55,766 nt of DNA from Candidatus Cloacimonadota bacterium (GTDB lineage: Bacteria > Cloacimonadota > Cloacimonadia > Cloacimonadales > PWNZ01), in assembly GCA_003564135.1 (NCBI GenBank), contig PWNZ01000145.1, positions 1 to 55,766 on the forward strand, read 5' to 3'. Positions 28,905 to 38,756 of the stretch are shown here, in pieces (position 1 is the first letter of the stretch; every line of letters begins with the position of its first letter). The notes beneath the pieces were generated by a model. That model worked only from the letters and a program-made list of their open reading frames with translations, did no database searches and was not told the DNA's origin. The position numbers and the translations under genes were made by a program.

Positions 28905-29177
28905 TTATTTAATCGCTTCCTTGAATTTTTTTCCCGGCTTGAAAGCGGGTACTTTCTTCGCTGGAATTGTTAGTGGTTCACGGGTTTGAGGGTTAACTCC
29001 TGTACGTGCTTGTCGGTGAGTTACTGAAAAAGTACCAAAACCGATTAAGGGAAGCTTATCTCCTTTTTCCAAGGTTTGCATTACTCCATCCACAAATGAA
29101 TCGAGAGCATCAGAAGCTGCTCTTTTTGAAATACCGGCATCCGTAGCCATCTTCATCAGTAGTTCTTCTTTATTCAT
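28905..29177 (-). CDS. hup: DNA-binding protein HU
   Basis: MNK.EL, L.GFGTF, R.ARTG.NPQT, IPA..VPAFKPGK; RBS AGGAGG. Confidence 0.95.
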   Translation of the reverse strand: MNKEELLMKMATDAGISKRAASDALDSFVDGVMQTLEKGDKLPLIGFGTFSVTHRQARTGVNPQTREPLTIPAKKVPAFKPGKKFKEAIK

Positions 29178-29404
29178 AATTCCTCCTAAGTTATTGTTGA
29201 TTCAAATATTCTGAATGGGAATGCAGTGTCAACAAAAAACTGATTTAGCCTGTATTTTCTGGCTGTTTAATGGTTGGTAATTGGACTCAAAACAGTTTTG
29301 TTTATTTTCTGAGTGCTACGGTTTAGGGAATTTTATTGACGGATAGGCCGATTAATTTCGATGTTTGAAGAAGCAATAAAAAACGCTTATAAAGGGAATA
29401 GAAT

Positions 29405-30241
29405 ATGTTTCATAGCAATATTTTGTTGGCATTTTTGCTGACCTTATTGGCTGGGCTTTCGACTGGGATAGGGAGCTTCATTGCTTTTTTTGCCAGAAAG
29501 ACTAATACTGGATTTCTTTCCGTTTCATTGGGTTTTTCAGCCGGCGTGATGATCTACGTTTCTATGATTGAAATTTTTCCTGAGGCGGAAGAGTCTTTGT
29601 CTGCGGTTTTCGGTGATAACCTAGGTGCTGCGTACACAGTTGTTGCTTTTTTTGCCGGTATTTTTTTTATCGGTATAATTGACAGGCTCGTGCCTTCTTT
29701 TGAGAATCCCCATGAGCCTCATTGCGTAGAGGATATATCTAAAGTTGAGAGTGAGATAAAAAACGATTCCGTTGATTTTGATAGAAATAAAATGCATCGT
29801 TTAGGTTTATTCACCGCATTAGCTATTACTATACATAACTTTCCGGAAGGGTTGGCTACATTTATGGCCGTTTTACATGATCCAGCCCTCGGGCTTGCCA
29901 TTGCTATAGCAATCGCATTGCATAACATACCGGAGGGTATAGCAGTCTCTGTTCCCATTTATTATGCAACCGGTAGCAGAAAGAAGGCTTTCTTATACTC
30001 TTTTTTGTCCGGTTTGGCCGAGCCTTTGGGAGCGATAATTGGGTTCTTGATTTTAATGCCGTTCATGAATGATGCTGTCTTTGGGTTTGTTTTTGCTATG
30101 GTTGGCGGGATAATGGTTTATATATCATTAGACGAGTTATTACCAGCTGCTCAAAAGTTCGGTAAGCATCACCTATCTATTTATGGTCTCATCGCAGGAA
30201 TGATAGTAATGGCTATAAGTATTTTGATGTTGGAAGCCTAA
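29405..30241 (+). CDS. zupT: ZIP-family zinc transporter ZupT
   Basis: AGLSTGIGS, GFSAGVMIYVS, ENPHE, HNFPEG and HNIPEG, SGLAEP, ISLDELLP. Confidence 0.93.
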   Translation: MFHSNILLAFLLTLLAGLSTGIGSFIAFFARKTNTGFLSVSLGFSAGVMIYVSMIEIFPEAEESLSAVFGDNLGAAYTVVAFFAGIFFIGIIDRLVPSFENPHEPHCVEDISKVESEIKNDSVDFDRNKMHRLGLFTALAITIHNFPEGLATFMAVLHDPALGLAIAIAIALHNIPEGIAVSVPIYYATGSRKKAFLYSFLSGLAEPLGAIIGFLILMPFMNDAVFGFVFAMVGGIMVYISLDELLPAAQKFGKHHLSIYGLIAGMIVMAISILMLEA

Positions 30242-30268
30242 TTACTTACCGGGCACCTTTGTTTGATT

Positions 30269-31081
30269 ATGGCTCATATTGCGTACGATCCTGTAAAAGA
30301 TAAGTTTGCCTCTGTTACAGCAAAAATCCCTTTTCTGCGGCGGATGCTGTATTTACTATTGGATATGATGTTTCTACGCAGCTGGTACACTAAAAAGGTT
30401 ATTACGAAACATGCGACTAAGCTTAACAACAAAGGCGGCTGGTCGATACTAGATGCCGGCTCAGGTTTTGGTCAGTATGACAGATTCTTTTTAGCCAGGT
30501 TTAAAAATGCAAAGCTGACGGCAATAGATATCAAAGAAGACTATTTGCGGGATTGTAGAAGGTATTTCAAAGAGGATATCAATAGCGGTAGAGCTAGGTT
30601 TCTATTGCGAGATCTGATCAAAATTAACTATAATCAAGAGTTTGATTTTGTGACCTGCATAGATGTTTTGGAGCATATTGAAGATGACGAAACAGTAATG
30701 AAGAACATTGCCGGTGCTCTGAGAAAAGGTGGACTATTCTTCATGCATTCACCTTCTTCGTGTTATGGAGATAAAGAGGAAGCTTTCGTCGATGAACATT
30801 ACCGCTTAGGATACGATAAAGCCGAGTTAACCAGCAAGCTTGAAAAAGTTGGTCTTACACCTCTGGAAATAGGATACACTTACGGCAAGGCAGGTCATTT
30901 AGCTTGGGTTTTGGGCATTAAAATACCCATGCTGATGTTTACTAAGCTGAAAATGTTGTCTGTCGCTTTAGTTCTAATCTACACTCCGGTAGTTTTACCT
31001 CTATTTTTACTGCTCAACCTGATAGATACCAAGTCTGACCATTCTGAAGGCAGAGGGATCTACGCTCTAGCAAGAAAATAA
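30269..31081 (+). CDS. Class I SAM-dependent methyltransferase
   Basis: ILDAGSGFG, DVLEHIEDD and L..GG motifs; ATG at 30269 preferred over TTG at 30263. Confidence 0.85.
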   Translation: MAHIAYDPVKDKFASVTAKIPFLRRMLYLLLDMMFLRSWYTKKVITKHATKLNNKGGWSILDAGSGFGQYDRFFLARFKNAKLTAIDIKEDYLRDCRRYFKEDINSGRARFLLRDLIKINYNQEFDFVTCIDVLEHIEDDETVMKNIAGALRKGGLFFMHSPSSCYGDKEEAFVDEHYRLGYDKAELTSKLEKVGLTPLEIGYTYGKAGHLAWVLGIKIPMLMFTKLKMLSVALVLIYTPVVLPLFLLLNLIDTKSDHSEGRGIYALARK

Positions 31082-31084
31082 ATT

Positions 31085-31993
31085 ATGAAGACTAAATCTA
31101 AGTGCATATATTGCGGCAGTATCAATACTTATAAAGTTGAAGATATCTTGTCTCAGATCAATAATAAGCAGTATCGTTTATATCATTGCCGTTGCTGTGC
31201 GATACAGTTCATTCTTCCCAATAGATTTGAAGATGTTTACACTCACGGTGTAGGTAACCAATCTATGAAGGATTATGTTGAAGAACTGCATAAGGGGAGA
31301 CAAACTATTGAGCCTCCGACAATGGAGGTTATAAAAAGACTGAAAAAGTTAAAAATCGATCTTCAAGACAAGAAAATACTGGATATTGGCGCAGGGGATG
31401 GTATAAACTATCTAGGATTAAGCCAACACTTTCAGATTAAACCGGATAATTATTACGTCGTTGAAGGTGATAAACTAAGCTGTGATGCTTGCCGCAAAAG
31501 GGGTATAAATCATGTTTATCAAGACTTTTTTTCAGAAAATTTCTCACATAAGTTCCCCGGCTATTTTGACATAGTCTTATTCACTGAAGTACTAGAGCAC
31601 CAACCAGATCCGGGCAAGTTTTTAGAAGCGGTAAAGGAAGTGACAAAGCCTCGTGGTCTGTTAGCCTTCACGGTTCCAAACAGAAAAATGCTTAGAATAT
31701 CCAGAGCTGTATTTTATGCCGATATCCCTCCACATCACCTTCTAAGATTCAGTAAGAATTTTTTCTTAAAAAACTTTCAAGAATTCGAGAAAATAGTTGT
31801 CTCGCAATACCCTAATCCATTTATGATATTGAATCGAGAAAGAGCCTGTGGCAAGGTAAGTTCTCTGCTTTTTGGCACCGACAAGATGAAACGAATAATA
31901 GCTCCGGTTTTCGATGTAATGTATCAAGCATGGAGAATGCTGCTCCATATTCGTGGTAATGGCATTATCGTCATTCTCAGAAAAGTCCTCTAA
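31085..31993 (+). CDS. Class I SAM-dependent methyltransferase with N-terminal zinc-binding motif
   Basis: CIYC...CRCC, ILDIGAGDG, EVLEH..DP, TVPN and PPHHL motifs. Confidence 0.85.
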   Translation: MKTKSKCIYCGSINTYKVEDILSQINNKQYRLYHCRCCAIQFILPNRFEDVYTHGVGNQSMKDYVEELHKGRQTIEPPTMEVIKRLKKLKIDLQDKKILDIGAGDGINYLGLSQHFQIKPDNYYVVEGDKLSCDACRKRGINHVYQDFFSENFSHKFPGYFDIVLFTEVLEHQPDPGKFLEAVKEVTKPRGLLAFTVPNRKMLRISRAVFYADIPPHHLLRFSKNFFLKNFQEFEKIVVSQYPNPFMILNRERACGKVSSLLFGTDKMKRIIAPVFDVMYQAWRMLLHIRGNGIIVILRKVL

Positions 31994-32026
31994 CCTACTG
32001 ATGAACCAGCAATTCAGGAGCAAGAT

Positions 32027-32344
32027 ATGAAAAAGAGTCAAAACCAAGTTAAAAATCATGATGTAAATCTTGATGAGCAAGTTCAGATTTTTAAGGCGTT
32101 AGCTAACCCTACACGCTTATTTATCCTGCAATTGTTAAACAAAGAAGGTGAGATGTGTGTCTGCAAAATAACCGAAGTCATAGGGTACGACATTTCTACA
32201 GTGTCTAAGCACTTAGCAGTTTTAAGAATAGTCGGACTCATAACTTCCAGAAAAGAGAAGAATATGGTATTTTATAAGTCCCTTATACCATGCCTGTCGG
32301 AATTTACAGCATGCTTTGAGTTGATTAAGCCACAGGAACAGTAA
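32027..32344 (+). CDS. ArsR/SmtB-family transcriptional regulator
   Basis: FKALANPTRL.IL, EMCVC, STVSKHL.VL..VGL; C-terminal cysteines. Confidence 0.92.
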   Translation: MKKSQNQVKNHDVNLDEQVQIFKALANPTRLFILQLLNKEGEMCVCKITEVIGYDISTVSKHLAVLRIVGLITSRKEKNMVFYKSLIPCLSEFTACFELIKPQEQ

Positions 32345-32585
32345 TATCGTTGCCAAGGTGTGACCTCGATCCAATCTACACCTCTTAATTTGAAAATCGA
32401 AAACTAATTACTGAAACAATGTAACCCGAACAGCACTGCTTTTATTATTTTATAGTCAAGAACTCAATTTATTAAGCTTATCTTGAGGCAGAGACTAAAG
32501 CTTCTATCGGTTGCGTTTATTTGTGTAAACTATATCATGTGGTGTCATTACTTGATATTCAGTGTTTCGGACACTATCCAAGGTA

Positions 32586-32642
32586 TATCATTGTTTTATC
32601 CCGTAGTCACACTGACTCCGACTACGGGACAAACCAATGATA
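32586..32642. repeat. 23-bp inverted repeat with 11-nt spacer (REP/MITE-like palindrome)
   Basis: TATCATTGTTTTATCCCGTAGTC versus GACTACGGGACAAACCAATGATA, 21 of 23 positions complementary. Confidence 0.8.
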
Positions 32643-32823
32643 AAGCAATGTTGATCTAATTGAATAAAGCTGTTTTTTGACTACCAGAGCTAGAAAAGTC
32701 TCATCCTTTCGATCGTCTGATCCCAGTCGAGAAACTTATCTGCAACAGGCCTAAAAATAACAATGTGCTTGACAAATTAGCACCAACAGAAAAGCTATAT
32801 TAAAAAAACAAGGAGTGTCTAAA

Positions 32824-33117
32824 ATGACGAAAGCTGAAATCATCAAAAAGGTGGCATCTGAAACAGGAATGCTCAGGAAAGACACATCAATCGTTATTGA
32901 TACTTTTATTGACTGTATTATCGAAGCCCTTAAAGATGACGATAGTATTGAGTTGAGAGGGTTTGGAACTTTCAGCATGCAGTCTAGAGAGCCTCGTATC
33001 GGCCGAAACCCGAAAACAGGTGAACAGATATCGATACCTGGCAGGATTGTCCCGACTTTCAAGTACAACAGAAGGATCAAAGACGAATTAACAAAACCTA
33101 AAGACGAGAAAAAATAA
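32824..33117 (+). CDS. HU/IHF-family DNA-binding protein (IHF beta-like)
   Basis: MTKAE, IELRGFGTF, R.GRNPKTGE, VP.FK; RBS AAGGAG favours the ATG at 32824. Confidence 0.92.
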   Translation: MTKAEIIKKVASETGMLRKDTSIVIDTFIDCIIEALKDDDSIELRGFGTFSMQSREPRIGRNPKTGEQISIPGRIVPTFKYNRRIKDELTKPKDEKK

Positions 33118-33134
33118 GAATATATGGAGATTAA

Positions 33135-33230
33135 ATGCCTTGCGGTAAAAAAAGAAAACGGTTTAAAATAGCCAAACACAAAAGAAGAAAAAGACTTAGA
33201 AAGAATAGGCACAAGAAAAAGATTAGATAA
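33135..33230 (+). CDS. 30S ribosomal protein bS22 (mS38/AURKAIP1/COX24-domain family), 31 aa
   Basis: RBS GGAG, then MPCGKKRKRFKIAKHKRRKRLRKNRHKKKIR*; matches the MP.GKKRKR.K...HKR.KR...NRHKKK pattern; stop overlaps the transketolase start (TAATG). Absent from the ORF track. Confidence 0.88.
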   Translation: MPCGKKRKRFKIAKHKRRKRLRKNRHKKKIR

Positions 33231-34039
33231 TGGATGATATACTATTAGCCGAACAGGCTAAGAGTGTAAGAAAAGAACTTCTTGCCATTATAAATCGAGC
33301 TGGTTCCGGTCATCCCGGTGGCTGCTTATCCGCTGTAGAGATTGGAACAGCTCTCTTTTTTCGAATCCTAAACCATAACCCCCAAAACCCCAAACAAGTA
33401 GGTAGGGATCACTTTATCCTCTCAAAAGGTCATTGTGCTCCTCTGCTTTATGTCCTGTTGCAGAAAAGCGGTTACTTTCCTAAAGCCTGGCTGAAGAGTC
33501 TTCGGAAGTTAGATTCACCCCTCCAAGGTCATCCACATTCTTTGAAATGTCCGGGTGTCGAAGTTTCAACAGGCTCGTTAGGTCAAGGGCTGTCCATATC
33601 GTGTGGATTAGCTCTGGGTAAAAAGATGGATAAAACTGCGAGTTATGTTTATACATTGATGGGTGACGGCGAGCTGGATGAAGGTCAAGTGTGGGAGGCA
33701 GCTATGTTTGCCGCTCATTATCAACTTAGTAATATTATAGCATTTGTTGACAGGAATAGTTTGCAGATTGACGGTAACACTGAGTCTGTTATGTCATTAG
33801 AGCCTCTTTCTGCTAAGTGGAAAGCTTTTGGATGGGATGTTCATACGATTGACGGACATCACTTCACAGAAATAACTGATTCAGTTAGCAAAGCAAAAAA
33901 AAGTGTTGAACCTTCTGTTATTATTTGCCGAACAATTAAGGGTAAAGGGGTTTCCTTTATGGAAAATGAGGCGGAATGGCATGGTAAGGCACCAAACGAA
34001 GAAGAGCTTCAACAAGCCTTAAAAGAATTGGATCAATAA
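33230..34039 (+). CDS. Transketolase, N-terminal (TPP-binding) subunit
   Basis: SGHPGG.LS, LSKGH, LQGHP, STGSLGQG, GDGE.DEGQ.WEA, KGKGVSFME...WHG. Confidence 0.95.
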   Translation: MDDILLAEQAKSVRKELLAIINRAGSGHPGGCLSAVEIGTALFFRILNHNPQNPKQVGRDHFILSKGHCAPLLYVLLQKSGYFPKAWLKSLRKLDSPLQGHPHSLKCPGVEVSTGSLGQGLSISCGLALGKKMDKTASYVYTLMGDGELDEGQVWEAAMFAAHYQLSNIIAFVDRNSLQIDGNTESVMSLEPLSAKWKAFGWDVHTIDGHHFTEITDSVSKAKKSVEPSVIICRTIKGKGVSFMENEAEWHGKAPNEEELQQALKELDQ

Positions 34040-35019
34040 TGAAACACAGCGACATAACAACTCAGTCATGTTTGCCATACAAGAAGGGTACAATCGTTCC
34101 TGTTAGAGATGGCTATGGTAAAGCACTGCTCCGATTGGGAAGAGTGGATGAACGGGTTGTTGTTTTAGATGCTGACCTGGCTAAATCTACCAGATCTGAT
34201 TGGTTTGCTGAAGAGTTTCCGGAACGCTTTGTTGATGTTGGTATTGCCGAACAAAACATGGTTGGTGTTGCATCAGGGCTGAGTTTGATTGGTAAGGTTC
34301 CTTTTGTTACGACGTACAGTGTTTTTGTTGTAGGCCGAGCCTTCGATCAAGTTCGTAATACTGTCTGCTATTCTAATCTAAATGTCAAGATTGTAGGATC
34401 CCACAGCGGATTATCAGTTGGTCCGGATGGGGGCAGTCATCAAGGTATTGAAGATATTGCCTTGATGAATGCATTACCTAATATGACCATTTTTTGTCCC
34501 TGCGATGCTAATGAAGCTTTTTTAATGACTTTAACCGCTGCTGAAATGGATACACCTGTCTATATCAGACTTGCCCGGGAAGCGACGAAAGTTGTTACTG
34601 AAGAAGATTATCACTTTGAACCGGGTAAAGCAAACATCTTTAGAGAAGGAACAGACGGAACAGTTATATCTCATAGTGTAATTTGCTCGGAAGTAGTAAA
34701 AGCACTTAACGATCTCGATAATAGAGGGATTAAGCTGTCGCATATACATTTAGGAACAATCAAACCTTTAGATGATGCAATTACTGAAATGATTTCCGGT
34801 TCTGATAGGCCTGTGATCATCGTTGAGGAACATGTTGAAGCCGGAGGTTTGACTTCGATTTTAGCTGCTGCATGTTCTCTTAGTAAGCCAAAGAAGCTTT
34901 ATTCGATTAATCTTGGTGATCGTTTTGGAGAATCGGGATCTCCTCATGATCTATATGAAAAATACGGATTCTCTGCGAAAAAAATAGCAGAAAGAATCAC
35001 GCAGATTTTAGAGTTATAA
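34039..35019 (+). CDS. Transketolase, C-terminal subunit
   Basis: DADL..ST, GIAEQNM, RAFDQ, G.DG.SHQ, YIRL.R, EEH...GGL, FGESG; TAATG overlap with the N-terminal subunit. Confidence 0.95.
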   Translation: MKHSDITTQSCLPYKKGTIVPVRDGYGKALLRLGRVDERVVVLDADLAKSTRSDWFAEEFPERFVDVGIAEQNMVGVASGLSLIGKVPFVTTYSVFVVGRAFDQVRNTVCYSNLNVKIVGSHSGLSVGPDGGSHQGIEDIALMNALPNMTIFCPCDANEAFLMTLTAAEMDTPVYIRLAREATKVVTEEDYHFEPGKANIFREGTDGTVISHSVICSEVVKALNDLDNRGIKLSHIHLGTIKPLDDAITEMISGSDRPVIIVEEHVEAGGLTSILAAACSLSKPKKLYSINLGDRFGESGSPHDLYEKYGFSAKKIAERITQILEL

Positions 35020-35306
35020 CCCTTAAGCGGAAAACGGAGAATTAGGACTAATTATTTTTTGCAATGTTAGGTATCACTATTCGGTCATTACGGATGATTA
35101 TGTTATCGCAGTTTTACCGAAATCCAGTTAAGAGTTGACAAGATAAGCATCTCTGTCGTTTTTCAATACAGTAAAGTCACCGAAAGATCAAGCCGACTGT
35201 TTTAAATGTCCGGTTGTTATATTCGGTTGTTTTTACAATAATCATGGTTGATAGGTCTTTATCATGGATTCATCAAAGCATAGAAAAGTAGTTGTTAATA
35301 ATACTT

Positions 35307-35336
35307 TAATGATCAGCATGCAGCATGCTGATATTA
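35307..35336. repeat. Palindrome upstream of waaA
   Basis: ATCAGCATGC-A-GCATGCTGAT (35312-35332) is a perfect 10-bp inverted repeat, extended by TAAT/ATTA. Confidence 0.7.
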
Positions 35337-35391
35337 CTAATAGGTCAGTATGTGCTTTCATAAGCTGACTTGTTTTCGGAAGTAACACATT

Positions 35392-36624
35392 ATGCTGGTT
35401 TATAACATTCTTTTTCTTGTCTGTTTGATCATAGCGCTTCCCTTTTTATTGATATTCATGCCTAAAAATGAGCTTAGGATGAGGCTGAGCATCAATGGTA
35501 AAGGTGATGGCGGCTATTTATGGTTCCACTGTGCTTCTATCGGAGAATTAAATGCAGTCAAGCCATTGCTGGTGAAAGTGAAACAAAGATACCCTAATAA
35601 AAAGATACTGATGACAACCATGACTGTTACCGGCTATGAAAGTGCCAGCACGATTAAAGAAGTTGATGAAACAAAGCTGCTTCCCTTCGACTTGATTATA
35701 TTATATAAAAATTTTTTCAAAAGGTTTAGTCCCCAAGCATTAATTATTGTTGAAACTGAACTCTGGTTCAGCTTACTCAGTGCTTGTCGCAAATCAAAAA
35801 TTCCAGTAGCGATTGTCAATGGACGTATATCAGACAAGTCTTACAGTAAGTACCTATCTGTAAGTAAGTTCGTCAAAAAGTCATTTAGGCACGCTTCTTT
35901 TGTAGGTGCTCAGTCTGAAGAGCATCAGACCCGTTATCTTAAATTAGGTTTTGAAAACGTCCATAACACTCATAATTTAAAGTTTTGTACTCAGCTACCG
36001 GAGGTTGATACTGATAAGATTAGAGCCGAGTGGAAGATCAAAGAAAATTCTTTTATTGTCGTGTGGGGAAGTTCAAGAGATGGCGAAGAAGAGTTACTTC
36101 TTTCACTGCTCAAGCGGTTAAAAAGAAAAGTTTCGAATCTTCTAATTATCTTAGCTCCTCGACACCTCAATAGACTATCACAAATCACCGAGCTTTTAAG
36201 TAAAACAAACTACCGCATGCTTTCCGATAATAAAGACAATGACCCCGAACTTATAATTATTGACTCGATTGGACAGCTTTATAAAGCTTATGCTATAGCG
36301 GATGTAGCTATTATTGGGGGTAGTTTTATCGACTATGGTGGTCATAATCCCTTAGAACCCATATATTACAAAGTGCCGACAATAATCGGCCAACATCACA
36401 GCTCTTGTCGTGACTTAGTGCAAAAGTTGCTCAATAAAGAAGCAATTATCATATCTAATAAAAGAAGGTTGCTGAATGATGTTGTTAATCTGGCAAAGAA
36501 CAGAGAGCTAAGGCAAAGCTATGGGAATTCCGGTAAAGAAACCATCGATAAGAATGCTTGTAGCGTTCAACTAAACTTGGATCACTTAGAAAAAAGTATC
36601 GGTTTAGAATCCTTGTCAGATTGA
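35392..36624 (+). CDS. waaA: 3-deoxy-D-manno-octulosonic acid (Kdo) transferase
   Basis: WFHCASIGE, TTMT.TG, PFD, ETELW, NGRISD, APRH, GGS....GGHNPLEP. Confidence 0.93.
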   Translation: MLVYNILFLVCLIIALPFLLIFMPKNELRMRLSINGKGDGGYLWFHCASIGELNAVKPLLVKVKQRYPNKKILMTTMTVTGYESASTIKEVDETKLLPFDLIILYKNFFKRFSPQALIIVETELWFSLLSACRKSKIPVAIVNGRISDKSYSKYLSVSKFVKKSFRHASFVGAQSEEHQTRYLKLGFENVHNTHNLKFCTQLPEVDTDKIRAEWKIKENSFIVVWGSSRDGEEELLLSLLKRLKRKVSNLLIILAPRHLNRLSQITELLSKTNYRMLSDNKDNDPELIIIDSIGQLYKAYAIADVAIIGGSFIDYGGHNPLEPIYYKVPTIIGQHHSSCRDLVQKLLNKEAIIISNKRRLLNDVVNLAKNRELRQSYGNSGKETIDKNACSVQLNLDHLEKSIGLESLSD

Positions 36625-36763
36625 CCCATAACCTAGGACAGAGCAGGTGATTAGTTGTAGTTTTTATTTCGTGTTGATATAAAAAGTGAATATTGATTGA
36701 CAGCAATTCCCCAGGTGTTAGCACGCTAGCGGTTGTAACTTATGATTTTCAGGGAGAGAGTTT

Positions 36764-37750
36764 ATGACGAAAGCATTATTTTATGAATCACTGCCAGCGG
36801 AGAAGGTAAAGTGTAACCTTTGTCCCAATTATTGCTTAATTTTGCCCGGAGATTACGGTTTATGCAGAGGAAAACAAAATATAGAGGGAATTTTATATGC
36901 CGTCAATTATGGGAAAGCCGTTACTGTTTGTGTTGATCCTATAGAAAAAAAGCCTTTATATCACTATCATCCAGGATCAAATATTATTTCAGTGGGGAAC
37001 AATACTTGCAATCTACAGTGTGACTTCTGTCAGAACTACCATATTAGTCAACAAGAAGCAAGGACGGTCGACATTTCGCCTGAGATGTTAGTCCAATTAT
37101 CGAAAAAACATTCAATGAGAGCAGTGGCGTTTACTTACGCTGAGCCATTAACCTGGTATGAGTTTATTTGTGATGCAGCGTCCCGATTGCAGGAGCATAA
37201 CATAAATTCAGTATTGGTTTCAAATGGATACATTAACCGAGAACCATTATTGAATCTGCTTCCTTATATTGATGCAATGAATATTGATCTCAAAGCAATG
37301 TCCAATAGTTTCTATCACAATATTGCAGGTGGTGAATTAACCCCAATTTTAGATGTAATCAAAAGAGCTTATAAGCAGTGTCATGTTGAAATAACTAACC
37401 TGCTAATACCGGGCGAAAATGACGATATAGCCTCGATTCGATCACTCATAGACTTCATTGCCGAGATTGATGTGAATATTCCGCTGCACTTTTCCCGTTA
37501 TTATCCGCAAAATCGAAGAGAAACACCACCTACATCAACAAAAACATTAGAAATAGCAAGAAAAGAAGCTATGGAGAAGTTAAACTACGTATATTTAGGC
37601 AATATCGTAACCAAAGATGAAGCTAATACCTATTGTCCAAACTGTGGGATTATTCTTATCGAAAGGCATGGCTTTCGAGCTTCATCATGTCAGGTAAGAC
37701 AAGAACAATGCAGCAATTGTAATTATCATATATATGGTAAGTTCGACTGA
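36764..37750 (+). CDS. amrS: AmmeMemoRadiSam system radical SAM enzyme
   Basis: C.LCP..C, DPIEKKPLYHYHPG, CNL.C.FCQN..ISQ, NIDLK, PLHFSRY.P, YVY.GN, C-terminal CPNCG. Confidence 0.88.
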   Translation: MTKALFYESLPAEKVKCNLCPNYCLILPGDYGLCRGKQNIEGILYAVNYGKAVTVCVDPIEKKPLYHYHPGSNIISVGNNTCNLQCDFCQNYHISQQEARTVDISPEMLVQLSKKHSMRAVAFTYAEPLTWYEFICDAASRLQEHNINSVLVSNGYINREPLLNLLPYIDAMNIDLKAMSNSFYHNIAGGELTPILDVIKRAYKQCHVEITNLLIPGENDDIASIRSLIDFIAEIDVNIPLHFSRYYPQNRRETPPTSTKTLEIARKEAMEKLNYVYLGNIVTKDEANTYCPNCGIILIERHGFRASSCQVRQEQCSNCNYHIYGKFD

Positions 37751-37781
37751 ACGTTGATAGAGATCCAAGAATGGAGGAATA

Positions 37782-38348
37782 ATGAAAAGTGAAAGAAGAA
37801 AACAACAACTCAAAAGAAGTCAAGCCCAGACTAAGAAAAAGCTGATAATATATGTCATCGGTTTTATCTTTGTTGTTCTCATTTATGTTTTTTTGAGTTT
37901 TTCAGGAAGAGAAGCCGAGCAATCAACGCAACAAGTACCAATAACTAGAACCTCTTCCATAGATTTCAGGAAGGATGGTGAGCTAACAATTTCTGATCGA
38001 TCAAGAAATGAGATAGTAACCATAGACATCGAGATTGTAGAAGATCCTCAGAGCCTTGGCCAGGGGTTGATGTATCGCGAAAGTATGGAAGAACATCAGG
38101 GGATGCTATTCATATTTCAACCGGTGAATCAACCACGAGAAAGGTCTATGTGGATGAAGAATACTATTATACCACTAGATATGATCTTTATCAGACAGAA
38201 CAGAACTATTGCTCACATAGCAGAAAACACCGTTCCATTTGACGAAAGCTCGATTCACAGTGGGGAACCGGTCTCTTATGTACTGGAAGTTAATGCGGGA
38301 TTCGTTGAGAGGTATGGTGTTCAACCCAACTATCTGGTAAGTTGGTAG
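37782..38348 (+). CDS. DUF192 domain membrane-anchored protein
   Basis: GLMYR......GMLFIF, WMKNT.IPLDMIF and YVLEVNAG motifs; N-terminal TM. Confidence 0.9.
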   Translation: MKSERRKQQLKRSQAQTKKKLIIYVIGFIFVVLIYVFLSFSGREAEQSTQQVPITRTSSIDFRKDGELTISDRSRNEIVTIDIEIVEDPQSLGQGLMYRESMEEHQGMLFIFQPVNQPRERSMWMKNTIIPLDMIFIRQNRTIAHIAENTVPFDESSIHSGEPVSYVLEVNAGFVERYGVQPNYLVSW

Positions 38349-38756
38349 AGTTTATCAGTTTTTAGGTACTTATATCTCTTAACTGGTGATTTATCATCTT
38401 CTCAGGAATAAAAAAATAGATTCAACAGTTAGTAATGATTTATCTTTGATAATGGCCGAATCGGGAAATAAATGCCTGGAAATGAACTAAAGCTTGACAG
38501 TATTCAGAGGATATGTTCTTTGGAGAGCATATATAAATTATAAAAGAAGAACACAGATTTAACGGATAACGATTAAAGATAGATTGAACATCAGTCAACA
38601 GTAGGCGGTGTCAGATTTAGCCGAATAATATTTGCTCAAGGTCGAATGCTTAATAGCCAAGTCGTAGAAGTTTATTTAGGAGTAAGCCATAATTAATATG
38701 GTGCTAGGAAGTTATAATCAGATTGAAAACAATTCAGTTAGAAGGAGAATTGTTTA

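Noticed and set aside
32751-33212. 153-aa minus-strand ORF
   Set aside because: Antisense to the IHF-like gene and bS22; its Phe/Ser/Leu-rich composition mirrors their Lys/Arg/Glu codons.
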